A DNA stretch of 64,000 nt from an uncultured Gammaproteobacteria bacterium (GCA_964478235.1 CAYZGX010000001.1:163850-227849), one strand, 5' to 3'. Counted from the stretch's first letter, positions 9,633-18,878 are shown. Program-made: numbers and translations. Notes: a model not told the origin generated them from the sequence alone.

Positions 9633-11588
9633 ATGGTTTGGAGCAAGCTTCTTTCACGGTTGAAAACTAAAAAGCCGTCGCTTCCTAGTTATCAAGATCT
9701 GGACAAAAAACTGGTAAAAAGCACGCAAACCTCCCAATTTCCAAAATTGGCACAATTAAAATACGTCCAACATTTTTTGTCTTCCTCCGAGAAAAAAACC
9801 GCCTTGGCAAGCCTACTTGTCTTTGCTGTAAGCAGTCTTGCCCTTGCTGGCATGCAGTTTGCTCAAAAGATTGAGCAGGTACCAGCAGTTGGCGGCGAAT
9901 ACAGCGAAGCCATGATTGGTCAGCCAAAATACATCAACCCTCTTTTCTCGGCCGCAAGCGATGTTGACGCTGATATAACCAGTCTCGTCTACGACGGATT
10001 ATTCCGTTATAACCAAGATGAAAAGCTCGAACCAGCTTTAGCTGAAAGTTACACCATTAGTGTTGATCAAAAAAGCTACGATATCACCCTTCGCTCAGGC
10101 CGCACCTGGTCAGATGGCGAACCGGTCACCATTGATGATGTTATTTTTACCTTTGAAACACTTCAAAACCCAGAGGTCGGCAGCCCCCTTCTTCTAGCTT
10201 TTCAAGATGTCGCTATAACCAAAGTAAACGATACCACTGTTCGCTTCACTCTCAAGAGCCCTTACGCCCCCTTTATGAGCAGTCTCACTGTTGGTATCTT
10301 GCCCGCCCATATTTGGGGTAGCACCTCGGCCAACAGCCTCAAATTGGCTAGCCAAAACCTCCAACCTGTTGGATCTGGTGAGTGGAAGTTTAGCAAACTT
10401 CTCAAAGACGAAAGCGGTCGAGTGACCAGCTACACCTTGGAACGCAATGAAAATTATCAAGGTAAAAAACCATACATCAACACGCTACGTTTTGTTTTCT
10501 TTGATGAATACCGTGAAGCAATTGACGCCATGCGCACCGACACCAGTCTGTCGCTCAGTTTTGTGCCTCACGCTCTTGAAAGTAAGCTTAACAGCAAAAC
10601 AACTCAAATCGTCCCAATCACTTTGCCACAATACACAAGCCTGTTTTACAACCAAACCAACCAGCCACTACTAAAAGACGACGCACTTCGCCAAGCCCTA
10701 GCTCTCGCCACCAATAAAGAACAATTGGTTAAAGATGCTCTTGGCAACTACGGCAAGGCTATTGACTTCCCTATTCTAGAAGGCAGTGTTGGTTATTTTG
10801 CTACCAGCTCAAAAATAAGCTTTTCCATCGAACAAGCTAATGCTTTACTCGACAAAAAGTGGACTCGTATTCAGCCTGAAGAGTATTTTAACCTGGCCAC
10901 AACCAGTCTCTTCAAAAAAAGCCAGCCTGAAATTGAAGCCTTTAAGCAAGCTAATAGCTCCACTCCAGAAAAAGGCATTGAATTTGAAACACAATTGCGT
11001 GACGAAGCCATTGCTACTGTACGCAAAACAATGGACCCATCACAAACGTTTTATCGTAAAGATAAAGATGGTGCAGTTTTAGAAATCAGCCTGACTACCG
11101 CTGACAATCCAGAATACAGTCGAACTGCTGAGCTAATTGCCCGCATGTGGCAAGAAGCTGGTATCAAAGTAAGTGTCCAAAAAATTAACACTCAACAAAT
11201 TGTCCAAGTGGTTAAAAAACGCAACTACGAAACACTACTCTACGGCGAATTAATCGGTTTTGATCCTGATCCGTTCCCATTCTGGCATTCCTCACAAGTA
11301 ACCAGCCCAGGGCTTAATGTGGCCAACTACAGTAACCGCACGGCTGACAAACTGCTCGAAGAAGCTCGAGCCACAACTGATGAAAAAAAACGCGGCGATT
11401 TATATCGACAATTCCAAGAAATTCTGGCCAAAGATATGCCTGCCCTGTTTTTATACACCCCAACCTACAGCTTTGCTGTTTCGACCAATATCAAAGGGGT
11501 GACCAACAAAACTATCAATACTCCGGCCGATCGCTTCATCGGTATCGAAGACTGGTACGAAAAAACAACCTGGCGTTTTAAACGCTAA
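9633..11588 (+). CDS. Membrane-anchored ABC transporter substrate-binding protein, family 5 (oligopeptide/dipeptide-binding type)
   Basis: N-terminal cytoplasmic tail plus one TM, then an SBP_bac_5-like body (YTLERNENYQGKKPYINTLRFVFFDEYREAIDAMRTD). No permease gene is adjacent. Confidence 0.6.
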   Translation: MVWSKLLSRLKTKKPSLPSYQDLDKKLVKSTQTSQFPKLAQLKYVQHFLSSSEKKTALASLLVFAVSSLALAGMQFAQKIEQVPAVGGEYSEAMIGQPKYINPLFSAASDVDADITSLVYDGLFRYNQDEKLEPALAESYTISVDQKSYDITLRSGRTWSDGEPVTIDDVIFTFETLQNPEVGSPLLLAFQDVAITKVNDTTVRFTLKSPYAPFMSSLTVGILPAHIWGSTSANSLKLASQNLQPVGSGEWKFSKLLKDESGRVTSYTLERNENYQGKKPYINTLRFVFFDEYREAIDAMRTDTSLSLSFVPHALESKLNSKTTQIVPITLPQYTSLFYNQTNQPLLKDDALRQALALATNKEQLVKDALGNYGKAIDFPILEGSVGYFATSSKISFSIEQANALLDKKWTRIQPEEYFNLATTSLFKKSQPEIEAFKQANSSTPEKGIEFETQLRDEAIATVRKTMDPSQTFYRKDKDGAVLEISLTTADNPEYSRTAELIARMWQEAGIKVSVQKINTQQIVQVVKKRNYETLLYGELIGFDPDPFPFWHSSQVTSPGLNVANYSNRTADKLLEEARATTDEKKRGDLYRQFQEILAKDMPALFLYTPTYSFAVSTNIKGVTNKTINTPADRFIGIEDWYEKTTWRFKR

Positions 11589-11609
11589 GCTTGTTGAAAG
11601 ATACAAAAA

Positions 11610-11691
11610 GCGGACGTGGCGGAACTGGTATACGCGTACGTCTCAGAAGCGTATGGAGCAATCCTTGAGGGTTCGAGTCCCTCTGTCCGCA
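11610..11691 (+). tRNA. tRNA-Leu (anticodon CAG), type II with long variable arm
   Basis: Acceptor GCGGACG/TGTCCGC, 3-bp D-stem with long loop, anticodon stem TACGT/GCGTA, loop CTCAGAA, 13-nt variable arm, T-arm GAGGG-TTCGAGT-CCCTC. Confidence 0.8.
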
Positions 11692-11747
11692 CAAACATTA
11701 CTCATCCCCTGTTTTTCCTCTCTTTTAATTTACGGAAAAGCGGTTAA

Positions 11748-13673
11748 TTGTATGTTTTATTTATGATGTTATCGAAAGATACACCAACAACTCCTCCAAT
11801 GCCGAGCCCAAGCTCGCCTGGAGACAAATCACAAAGTCGTCGCCCTCGCCGAGCGCCTTATGCGCCAAACCGCGAACGAACGACTAATTTTGCAATTCCG
11901 GCTCACGTCGGACCTCGCGCCACCAGTGGCCCAAGCCCCTACCGCTCCACTCGAGCCACCAGCGGCCACACTATGCGTGTTGAACCAACCAAAGTTGCAG
12001 CTGGTCCAAATGAGAAAAAACTACGAGTCGCTGTGCTTGGCGGTCTTGAAGAAATCGGTCGTAACTGCACCCTCATTGAATACGGCGATGATATTATTAT
12101 CATCGATTTAGGGCTTCAATTCCCTGAAGAAGACATGCCTGGTATTGATTACATCATTCCAAACATGAGCTATCTTCGTGGAAAAGAAAAAAATATCCGC
12201 GGGGTAATTATCACTCATGGTCACTACGATCATATCGGTGCCATTCCTCACGTTATGCCGCTCCTCGGCTATCCGCCAGTTTTTGCTTTGCCAATTACTG
12301 CTGGCATTATCAAAAAACGCCAAGAAGATTTTAAAGACGTAAAACCTTTAAATATTCACTTAGTCAAAAGCTCCGACAAATTACAACTTGGTAGTTTGGG
12401 TGTAGAATTTTTTCACTTGAACCACAACATCCCTGACTCCACCGGTGTTGTTATTCGCTCTCCAGAAGGCACCATCATCCATACTGGTGACTGGAAATTC
12501 GATTACCAACCGACCGGCGAAATGCCAGCTGACTTACAACGCATTGCTCAAATCGGCAGTGAAGGTGTGCTCGCCCTCTTGAGCGACAGTACCAACGCTT
12601 CTCAGCCAGGTCATCAAGTCTCGGAAACAGAAATTGCTCACAATCTCGAAGATATTTTAATGAAGGCTCCAGGCCGAGTTATTATCGGTACCTTCGCTTC
12701 ATTACTGTCTCGTATCAAACAACTTATCGAAATCTCTGAAAAAATGGGTAAGGTTGTCGCTCTCGGTGGTTTTAGCATGAAAAGCAACGTGGAAATCGCC
12801 AAAGAGCTCGGCTATATGAAATTTAGCCCAAAAACCTTGGTAGATTTGCGCACCATCAACAAATATCCTGACAACAAAGTTGTTATCATCTGTACTGGTG
12901 CCCAAGGCGAAAAGAATGCTTCTTTGATGCGCATCGCTAATGGCGAACATCGCGATGTAAGCCTTATTCCAGGCGATACTGTCGTGTTCTCCTCTTCGGT
13001 TATTCCAGGCAACGAGCGCACTGTGCAACGCCTCAAAGACACCTTGTTCCGCAAGGGTGCTGACGTTATCCATTACCAAATGATGGACGTACACGCTGGT
13101 GGTCATGCGAAGACCGAAGATGTGAAACTCATGATTCGCCTCCTCAACCCAAAATACTTCGTACCAATTCACGGCAACCACTTCTTGCTGGTCTACAACG
13201 GTCGTGTCGCTTCATCACTCGGTATGAGTAAAGATAAAATTTTCATTGCCGACAACGGCCAGGTGATGGAATTCAAACAAGGCGAAGGTGTACTTACCAA
13301 AACAAAATTACCGACTGACTACGTCTTTGTGGACGGTCTTGGAGTATCTGACGAAACCAACGTGGTGGTTCGCGATCGCCAAGTATTGGCCGAGGATGGT
13401 ATGGTGGTAATTATCGCCACCGTTGATAGTAAAACCGGCAAACTTATCCAAAATCCTGATATTATCTCGCGCGGGTTCGTCTTCCTCAAGAGCCACAAAG
13501 AGCTCATTGAAGACATGCGTCATCGCGTCAAAAAATTAATTGTTGAATCTGACCCAACAACTTGGGCTGACACCAATTACATCCGAAATAAAATCCGCGA
13601 TTACGTTGGTCAATTCCTCTTCACTAAGACGGAAAAACGCCCAATGATCTTGCCGGTTGTTATCGAAGTCTAA
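11748..13673 (+). CDS. rnj: Ribonuclease J (metallo-beta-lactamase / beta-CASP)
   Basis: KKLRVAVLGGLEEIGRNCTLIEYGDDIIIIDLG start of the MBL domain, HxHxDH motif VIITHGHYDHIGAIP, beta-CASP and C-terminal domains. About 85 aa of Pro/Arg/Ser-rich sequence sits upstream of the conserved core, so the true start may be internal. Confidence 0.9.
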   Translation: MYVLFMMLSKDTPTTPPMPSPSSPGDKSQSRRPRRAPYAPNRERTTNFAIPAHVGPRATSGPSPYRSTRATSGHTMRVEPTKVAAGPNEKKLRVAVLGGLEEIGRNCTLIEYGDDIIIIDLGLQFPEEDMPGIDYIIPNMSYLRGKEKNIRGVIITHGHYDHIGAIPHVMPLLGYPPVFALPITAGIIKKRQEDFKDVKPLNIHLVKSSDKLQLGSLGVEFFHLNHNIPDSTGVVIRSPEGTIIHTGDWKFDYQPTGEMPADLQRIAQIGSEGVLALLSDSTNASQPGHQVSETEIAHNLEDILMKAPGRVIIGTFASLLSRIKQLIEISEKMGKVVALGGFSMKSNVEIAKELGYMKFSPKTLVDLRTINKYPDNKVVIICTGAQGEKNASLMRIANGEHRDVSLIPGDTVVFSSSVIPGNERTVQRLKDTLFRKGADVIHYQMMDVHAGGHAKTEDVKLMIRLLNPKYFVPIHGNHFLLVYNGRVASSLGMSKDKIFIADNGQVMEFKQGEGVLTKTKLPTDYVFVDGLGVSDETNVVVRDRQVLAEDGMVVIIATVDSKTGKLIQNPDIISRGFVFLKSHKELIEDMRHRVKKLIVESDPTTWADTNYIRNKIRDYVGQFLFTKTEKRPMILPVVIEV

Positions 13674-13685
13674 GCCAACCAAACA

Positions 13686-13716
13686 AAATACCACTCGCGA
13701 CCGAGTGGTATTTTTA
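13686..13716 (+). terminator. Intrinsic terminator after rnj
   Basis: Hairpin ATACCACTCG-cgac-CGAGTGGTAT followed by TTTTT. Confidence 0.55.
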
Positions 13717-13833
13717 TACACTTTTCTGTGGATAAGTAGCCCTGGTGTAAAGTAGAGGGAGACGTGCTATACTCACTGTAACAACCACAGTCTGTAGTAA
13801 AAAAAAGCTAAAAAAGATACTACTGGTAGTGTT

Positions 13834-14031
13834 ATGACCGTTCCATTCAAAGAATACCGCTGTACCACCTGCCACAAATTATTGTTCAAAGGCTGGCTGG
13901 TAGAAAGCGCTATCGAAATTAAATGCAAAGGCTGTCACGAAATGAACACCATTGAAGCTAGCAGTGCCGACGCTTTCATGTGTGGCATTCTCCCCTGCCC
14001 TAATCGCATACCAGTCAAACCAAAAAAATAA
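13834..14031 (+). CDS. Small Com-like zinc-ribbon protein (CxxC...CxxC)
   Basis: 65 aa. YRCTTCHKLLFKGWLVESAIEIKCKGCHEMNTIE resembles the Mu Com family (RCxxCxKLLfk...IEIKCxxC). It has its own extended -10 promoter (TGcTATACT at 13765-13773) and a downstream hairpin (14050-14085). Confidence 0.45.
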   Translation: MTVPFKEYRCTTCHKLLFKGWLVESAIEIKCKGCHEMNTIEASSADAFMCGILPCPNRIPVKPKK

Positions 14032-14106
14032 CACCTGAAGCTCAAACACGAAGCTCACCCACAAGGGTGAGCTTTATTTTTAAAAAACATTCAACACCAC
14101 ACCACT

Positions 14107-15942
14107 ATGTCGCACGACAAAAAAACAATGGTCGACGTTAGCCAAACAATTGACGAGTATCTTGATAAAAGCGATTGGCGGGTCAACGCCAACTCCAACC
14201 AAGGATTTTCACTTGGCGGGATGATCCTCAATATGGCTGGCAAAGTGACGGCCAACTACTGGCTGTCTCACGTCTATCCAAGCGAAGTCGGCGAAGCTCA
14301 TCGGAGTGGCGACATCCATATTCATGACCTTGATATGTTTTCTGGCTACTGTGCTGGCTGGAGCTTGCGCGCCCTCCTCGAGCAAGGCTTTAACGGTGTA
14401 CCAGACAAAATTGAATCAGGTCCGCCAAAACATCTTTCATCGGCCATCGCTCAAATGATTAATTTCTTGGGTACTCTCCAAAACGAATGGGCTGGAGCTC
14501 AAGCCTTCTCTAGTTTTGATACCTTCCTCTCACCATTTGTAAAAAAATATGAGCTAGAGTTGCGTGATACTATCAAAAAATATGGCATGCAATTTGAAAA
14601 TGAAGAAACCAAAGAAAAATATATTGCGAACGATGTCTATCAATACGTCTACCAAAACATGCAGTCATTTGTCTTTAACCTCAACATTCCTTCACGCTGG
14701 GGAACACAAACGCCGTTTACCAACATCACACTTGATTGGGATTGCCCCGCCGACCTCAAAGAAAAACGCCTCGTATTAGCCGGTAAGCCTTATGACTATA
14801 CCTACGGCGAACTCGAGCCGCAAATGGACATTATTAACCGAGCTTTTATTGAGGTGATGAGCAAAGGTGACGCTAAAGGACGAACCTTCACCTTCCCTAT
14901 TCCGACCTACAATATTGGTAAAGATTTTAAATGGGACGACCCAAAAAACCTCGCTCTCTTTGAAATGACTGCCAAATACGGCACCCCGTATTTCCAAAAT
15001 TTCATCAATTCAGAGCTAAACCCCGGAGATGTTCGCTCTATGTGCTGTCGTTTACAACTCGATCTCAAAGAACTGCGTAAACGTGGCGGCGGGCTTTTTG
15101 GCTCGGCTGAAATGACCGGATCAATTGGGGTGGTCACCATCAACGCCGCTCGCATCGGCTACACCAACCGTGGAAACAAAGAGGGTTTTTACAACCAAAT
15201 AAATCATCTCATGGAGCTGGCCAAAACCTCCCTCGAGATGAAACGAGTCGTTGTTCAAAAATGGATTGACGCCGGGCTCTTCCCCTTCACCAAACGCTAT
15301 CTCGGCTACCTCAAAAACCATTTCTCAACTATCGGCATCAACGGGTTAAACGAGGCTATTCGTAATTTCTCGAACGACACTGAAAATATTACTACTCCAA
15401 ACGGTCAAAAATTTGCCGAAGACGTATTGGTATTCATGCGTACTAAACTTCAAGATTTCCAAACCGAAACACGCAATCTCTATAACCTAGAAGCCACCCC
15501 GGCCGAAGGCGCCACCTACCGCTTTGCCAAAGAAGACCAAAAGAGGTTCCCTGATATTTTTCAAGCTGGCACCTACGAAGCACCCTACTACACCAACTCT
15601 TCACAAATCCCGGTCGGTTTCACCGACGATGTCTTTGAAGCGCTTCTACTCCAAGACAAACTCCAAACAAAGTACACTGGCGGGACAGTGCTCCACTGTT
15701 ATATGAGTGAAAAAATCAGCAGTCCCGAAGCTTGTCGAAATCTAGTGAGAAAAATCTTAAACAATTTCCGCCTACCCTATATCACTATCACCCCGACATT
15801 CTCCATTTGTCCAAAGCACGGCTATTTAACCGGAGAATACGACTTTTGCCCGCGCTGCGACGCCGAAAACGGACTACAACCTGGTGTTCACTTTGATACC
15901 ACCATGCGTAATAAACACCGCAGTCTTATCCCTCAATTATAA
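14107..15942 (+). CDS. nrdD: Anaerobic ribonucleoside-triphosphate reductase NrdD (class III RNR), catalytic body and zinc ribbon; ORF terminates before the glycyl-radical motif
   Basis: 611 aa. Class III RNR core (CCRL, finger-loop cysteines) and a C-terminal zinc ribbon ICPKHG...FCPRC. The ORF stops 27 aa later without the RVxGY glycyl-radical motif. Confidence 0.9.
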   Translation: MSHDKKTMVDVSQTIDEYLDKSDWRVNANSNQGFSLGGMILNMAGKVTANYWLSHVYPSEVGEAHRSGDIHIHDLDMFSGYCAGWSLRALLEQGFNGVPDKIESGPPKHLSSAIAQMINFLGTLQNEWAGAQAFSSFDTFLSPFVKKYELELRDTIKKYGMQFENEETKEKYIANDVYQYVYQNMQSFVFNLNIPSRWGTQTPFTNITLDWDCPADLKEKRLVLAGKPYDYTYGELEPQMDIINRAFIEVMSKGDAKGRTFTFPIPTYNIGKDFKWDDPKNLALFEMTAKYGTPYFQNFINSELNPGDVRSMCCRLQLDLKELRKRGGGLFGSAEMTGSIGVVTINAARIGYTNRGNKEGFYNQINHLMELAKTSLEMKRVVVQKWIDAGLFPFTKRYLGYLKNHFSTIGINGLNEAIRNFSNDTENITTPNGQKFAEDVLVFMRTKLQDFQTETRNLYNLEATPAEGATYRFAKEDQKRFPDIFQAGTYEAPYYTNSSQIPVGFTDDVFEALLLQDKLQTKYTGGTVLHCYMSEKISSPEACRNLVRKILNNFRLPYITITPTFSICPKHGYLTGEYDFCPRCDAENGLQPGVHFDTTMRNKHRSLIPQL

Positions 15943-15965
15943 CTTACTTACCAACTAAATAATCT

Positions 15966-16169
15966 ATGGAAAACACTACTACACCAACCAGAACTCGTTG
16001 CGAAATTTGGACTCGTGTTATGGGTTATCATCGACCGCTATCACATTTTAATATCGGAAAAAAATCAGAGCACATCTCACGCAAGCACTTTACCGAATGC
16101 GTTTCAGCCAATAGTATTTTTATCAAAAAATACGCTCACCTTGGCCAACCACTCTACACTACTCGCTAA
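15966..16169 (+). CDS. nrdD: NrdD C-terminal glycyl-radical domain encoded as a separate 67-aa ORF in another frame (gene fragment or split gene)
   Basis: TRTRCEIWTRVMGYHRPLSHFNIGKKSEHISRKHF carries the class III RNR glycyl radical signature (RVxGY...NxGKxxE...R). It lies in frame 0 whereas the nrdD body is in frame 1. Confidence 0.6.
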   Translation: MENTTTPTRTRCEIWTRVMGYHRPLSHFNIGKKSEHISRKHFTECVSANSIFIKKYAHLGQPLYTTR

Positions 16170-16175
16170 GCTACT

Positions 16176-16880
16176 ATGCTTATTTCTGGCATACAACCTT
16201 TTACCTTGCTCGATTACCCTGGAAAAACCGCGTGCGTTGTCTTTTTGCCAGGTTGTAATTTTAGATGTGGCTACTGCCACAACAAGGAGTTTGTTTTACC
16301 AGAAAAAATAAAAGAGCTTCAAGGAAACTTTATCGATGAAGAGGTGGTCTACAATTTTCTCATCAACCGTCGCGATTTACTTGATGGCGTAGTTATTTCC
16401 GGAGGCGAGCCAACTATGATGCCTGACCTCATTCCCTTCATGCAAAAAATAAGACGACTAGGCTTTTCGGTGAAACTAGACACCAACGGCAACCGACCAG
16501 ATGTCATCACCAAAGCACTCGAGCTTCGTACCGTTGACTATATTGCCATGGATCTTAAGACCGACCTCCCCACCTATACCGCACTTGTAGGAAACGGCGC
16601 CAAAAAAGATGCGCTCGAACAAAGTATTAGCATTCTCCTCAACAGTCCGATTGACTACGAGTTCCGCTCCACCATTATCAAAGAAGTTCACTCAGACGCT
16701 ATTCTTGAAAGGATGGCTCAAGCTATCGCTGGAGCTAAACACTGGTATTTACAAAATTTCAGACCAGAAAACACTCTAGCTCCACACTTTGCCAACTACC
16801 ACCCTTTTGAAGAAGTAGAACTCAAAAAAATAGCTGAATATCTCAGCCCCTACGTACACAAACTAACTATTCGCTCATAA
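16176..16880 (+). CDS. nrdG: Anaerobic ribonucleotide reductase activating protein (radical SAM)
   Basis: N-terminal LLDYPGKTACVVFLPGCNFRCGYCHN carries the CxxxCxxC radical-SAM cluster motif typical of NrdG. Confidence 0.9.
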   Translation: MLISGIQPFTLLDYPGKTACVVFLPGCNFRCGYCHNKEFVLPEKIKELQGNFIDEEVVYNFLINRRDLLDGVVISGGEPTMMPDLIPFMQKIRRLGFSVKLDTNGNRPDVITKALELRTVDYIAMDLKTDLPTYTALVGNGAKKDALEQSISILLNSPIDYEFRSTIIKEVHSDAILERMAQAIAGAKHWYLQNFRPENTLAPHFANYHPFEEVELKKIAEYLSPYVHKLTIRS

Positions 16881-16886
16881 ATAAAA

Positions 16887-16916
16887 ACCCGGTCGCAGAA
16901 AGCGATCGGGTTTTTA
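16887..16916. terminator. Intrinsic terminator after nrdG (also facing the 3' end of rnpB)
   Basis: Hairpin CCCGGTCGC-agaa-GCGATCGGG followed by TTTTT. Confidence 0.6.
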
Positions 16917-16918
16917 AG

Positions 16919-17361
16919 TGTTTACAGCAATAAGCCGAATTTTGTTCCCCTTACGGGGTGATAATCATTTCTCTTGCCGGTACATTGCTATACCGATCAT
17001 CTGCCCGTCCTAAAGCTTTTAAGCTGACAGATATACTAGCGAGCGAACTTTCCGAGGCTATACCTGATGTATAGACACGCTGCTCTTGCACCAGATAGGG
17101 TTTAGCACTTGCTCTCTATTGCTAAAGAGCCGAGTAGAGTAGCTGTAGTCTTAAGAACAACAACTCCCCTACACTTTTCACCTTTCATCCCGATTATAGC
17201 CGGAATTAGTATTGTCTCTGTGCCACTGTCCCGAAGCGGATATTGCTATACGCCTGGTGGAGGTTATCCACTATCCTTGTCCCAATAGGTAGCGATAAAA
17301 ATTGGGGGTGTTCGGACTTTCCTCGACGACCCAAAGGTCGGCGCGATTATCTACTGTAAAC
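16919..17361 (-). ncRNA. rnpB: RNase P RNA, bacterial type A
   Basis: The reverse strand contains CGAGGAAAGTCCGAACAC (CR-I/P4), GGATGAAAGGTGAAAAGTG (P10-P12 GGGUGAAA region) and ACAAAATTCGGCTTATTGCTGTAAAC (CR-V ACAGAAnnCGGCUUA), with a P1 pairing to the 5' GTTTACAG. A promoter lies immediately upstream. Confidence 0.8.
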
Positions 17362-17367
17362 GGGCGT

Positions 17368-17396
17368 AGTATAGCACAAAAAGGGCTTTTTGTCAA
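17368..17396 (-). promoter_or_regulatory. Sigma70-like promoter for rnpB
   Basis: On the minus strand: TTGACA (17396-17391), 17-nt spacer, TGcTATACT (-10 at 17373-17368). The RNA 5' end GTTTACAG begins 6 nt downstream. Confidence 0.5.
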
Positions 17397-17459
17397 GGTT
17401 TGACCGGGAGAAAAAAACAGCGTACACTACTAATACTTTATGTCTCTTGTCTTTGACCC

Positions 17460-18878
17460 ATGAAGCGTCTTGAATTAGCCCTCACCGTTCTTCTTTTACC
17501 GCTTGACTACTGTCTTATCGTCTTAGCTGGGCTCACCGCCTACAGCTTGCGCTACACGTCATTTATTACGGCTATCCGCCCGATTCTTTTTGATTTATCA
17601 TTTGAAAAATTCTTACCCATCCTCCTCGTTGTCGCCTTGGGTTGGGTAGCTATTTTTGCTTTTTCCGGGCTCTATCGCACCAACCCTAACCGCAAACTGG
17701 CTCGTGATATTAACAAAATTATCATGGCCTGCTCCACCGGATTTGCCGGTATTGCCATTTATTTATTCTTTACGCTTCAAAAATTTGACTCCCGCTTCCT
17801 AGTTCTCACTAGCTGGATTCTTGCTATCATCTACGTCAGCTTAGGGCGCATCCTAATGCGCGGGGTTCGCAGCCTCTTCTATCGCTTTGGCCTAGGACTG
17901 CGTAAAACAGTGATTGTCGGCAACGAAACAATTGCTGAAACTATTAAAACCGCTCTTCTCGAAGAACCTCGCCTTGGCTACCGCATCACCGGCACCTATA
18001 CTAATTTTTCTGAACGCACCAAAAAAGAACTGCTCAAAAATATTCCTGACGAATTTATTCTTTCCAACCCTCGTGGCGACGAAAACGAAACACTGTCAGC
18101 TGTTGAATTTTGCAACGAGCACCATATCACTTTTAAATATTCTGCCGACCTCTTCGCCACCATCTCAAGCAACATGAGCGTGTCCACTATTGCTGGTATC
18201 CCCATTATTGAACTTCGCCGCACTCGTTTATCCGGCTGGGGCCGCGTTTTTAAACGCACCGTTGATATCGTCGGCAGTCTAGTCTTCATCATCATATTGT
18301 GGCCATTTTATATTATTACTGCCCTATCTATCCTGCTTGAAACCGGTCGCCCAGTTATTTATCGCAACGAACGAGTTGGTCAATACGGTCGAAAATTCTT
18401 CACCCTCAAGTTTCGCTCTATGTACCAAGCGCTCTCCACTGGCACACAATTTGGTGCCTCTGGCGAAAAAGCTCTCAAAGAAGAAGCTAAACTTATCAAA
18501 ACCAGCAGCGTCAAAAATGGTCCTGTTTACAAAATACAAAACGACCCTCGAGTCACTCCCTTTGGCCGTTTTATCCGCCGGTGGAGCATTGATGAGCTTC
18601 CGCAGTTTTTCAACGTTCTCAAGGGTGATATGAGCCTCGTTGGCCCTCGCCCACACCAACCTCGTGAAGTTGATCACTACGAAACACACCATAAAATTGT
18701 TTTAGCGATCAAACCGGGAATAACCGGTATCGCTCAAATCTCTGGTCGAAGCAACTTAAGCTTTGAAGAAGAGATTCGCCTTGATACCTTCTATATCGAA
18801 AACTGGAGTTTACTTATGGACATCATTATTTTGTTAAAAACTCCTTTTGTTGTACTTCTGCGCAAAGGTGCCTGGTAA
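17460..18878 (+). CDS. Undecaprenyl-phosphate sugar-1-phosphate transferase (bacterial sugar transferase, WbaP/ExoY-like)
   Basis: N-terminal multi-TM region, then a C-terminal bac_transf domain ([24 protein letters not shown] ... SLVGPRP ... KPGITG). Confidence 0.9.
   Translation: MKRLELALTVLLLPLDYCLIVLAGLTAYSLRYTSFITAIRPILFDLSFEKFLPILLVVALGWVAIFAFSGLYRTNPNRKLARDINKIIMACSTGFAGIAIYLFFTLQKFDSRFLVLTSWILAIIYVSLGRILMRGVRSLFYRFGLGLRKTVIVGNETIAETIKTALLEEPRLGYRITGTYTNFSERTKKELLKNIPDEFILSNPRGDENETLSAVEFCNEHHITFKYSADLFATISSNMSVSTIAGIPIIELRRTRLSGWGRVFKRTVDIVGSLVFIIILWPFYIITALSILLETGRPVIYRNERVGQYGRKFFTLKFRSMYQALSTGTQFGASGEKALKEEAKLIKTSSVKNGPVYKIQNDPRVTPFGRFIRRWSIDELPQFFNVLKGDMSLVGPRPHQPREVDHYETHHKIVLAIKPGITGIAQISGRSNLSFEEEIRLDTFYIENWSLLMDIIILLKTPFVVLLRKGAW

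Noticed and set aside
12702-13181. 159-aa ORF antisense to rnj
   Set aside because: Lies within the conserved beta-CASP region of RNase J; no independent signals.
15871-15968. Considered whether the 104-nt nrdD-interrupting segment is a miniature transposable element or intron
   Set aside because: No terminal inverted repeats and no group I/II intron-like structure or size. The short flanking direct repeats fit a slippage duplication or assembly issue better; this is kept as a finding and not labelled a mobile element.
16015-16311. 98-aa ORF overlapping the nrdD C-terminal fragment and the start of nrdG
   Set aside because: Wrong frame relative to two conserved protein-coding features; no homology.
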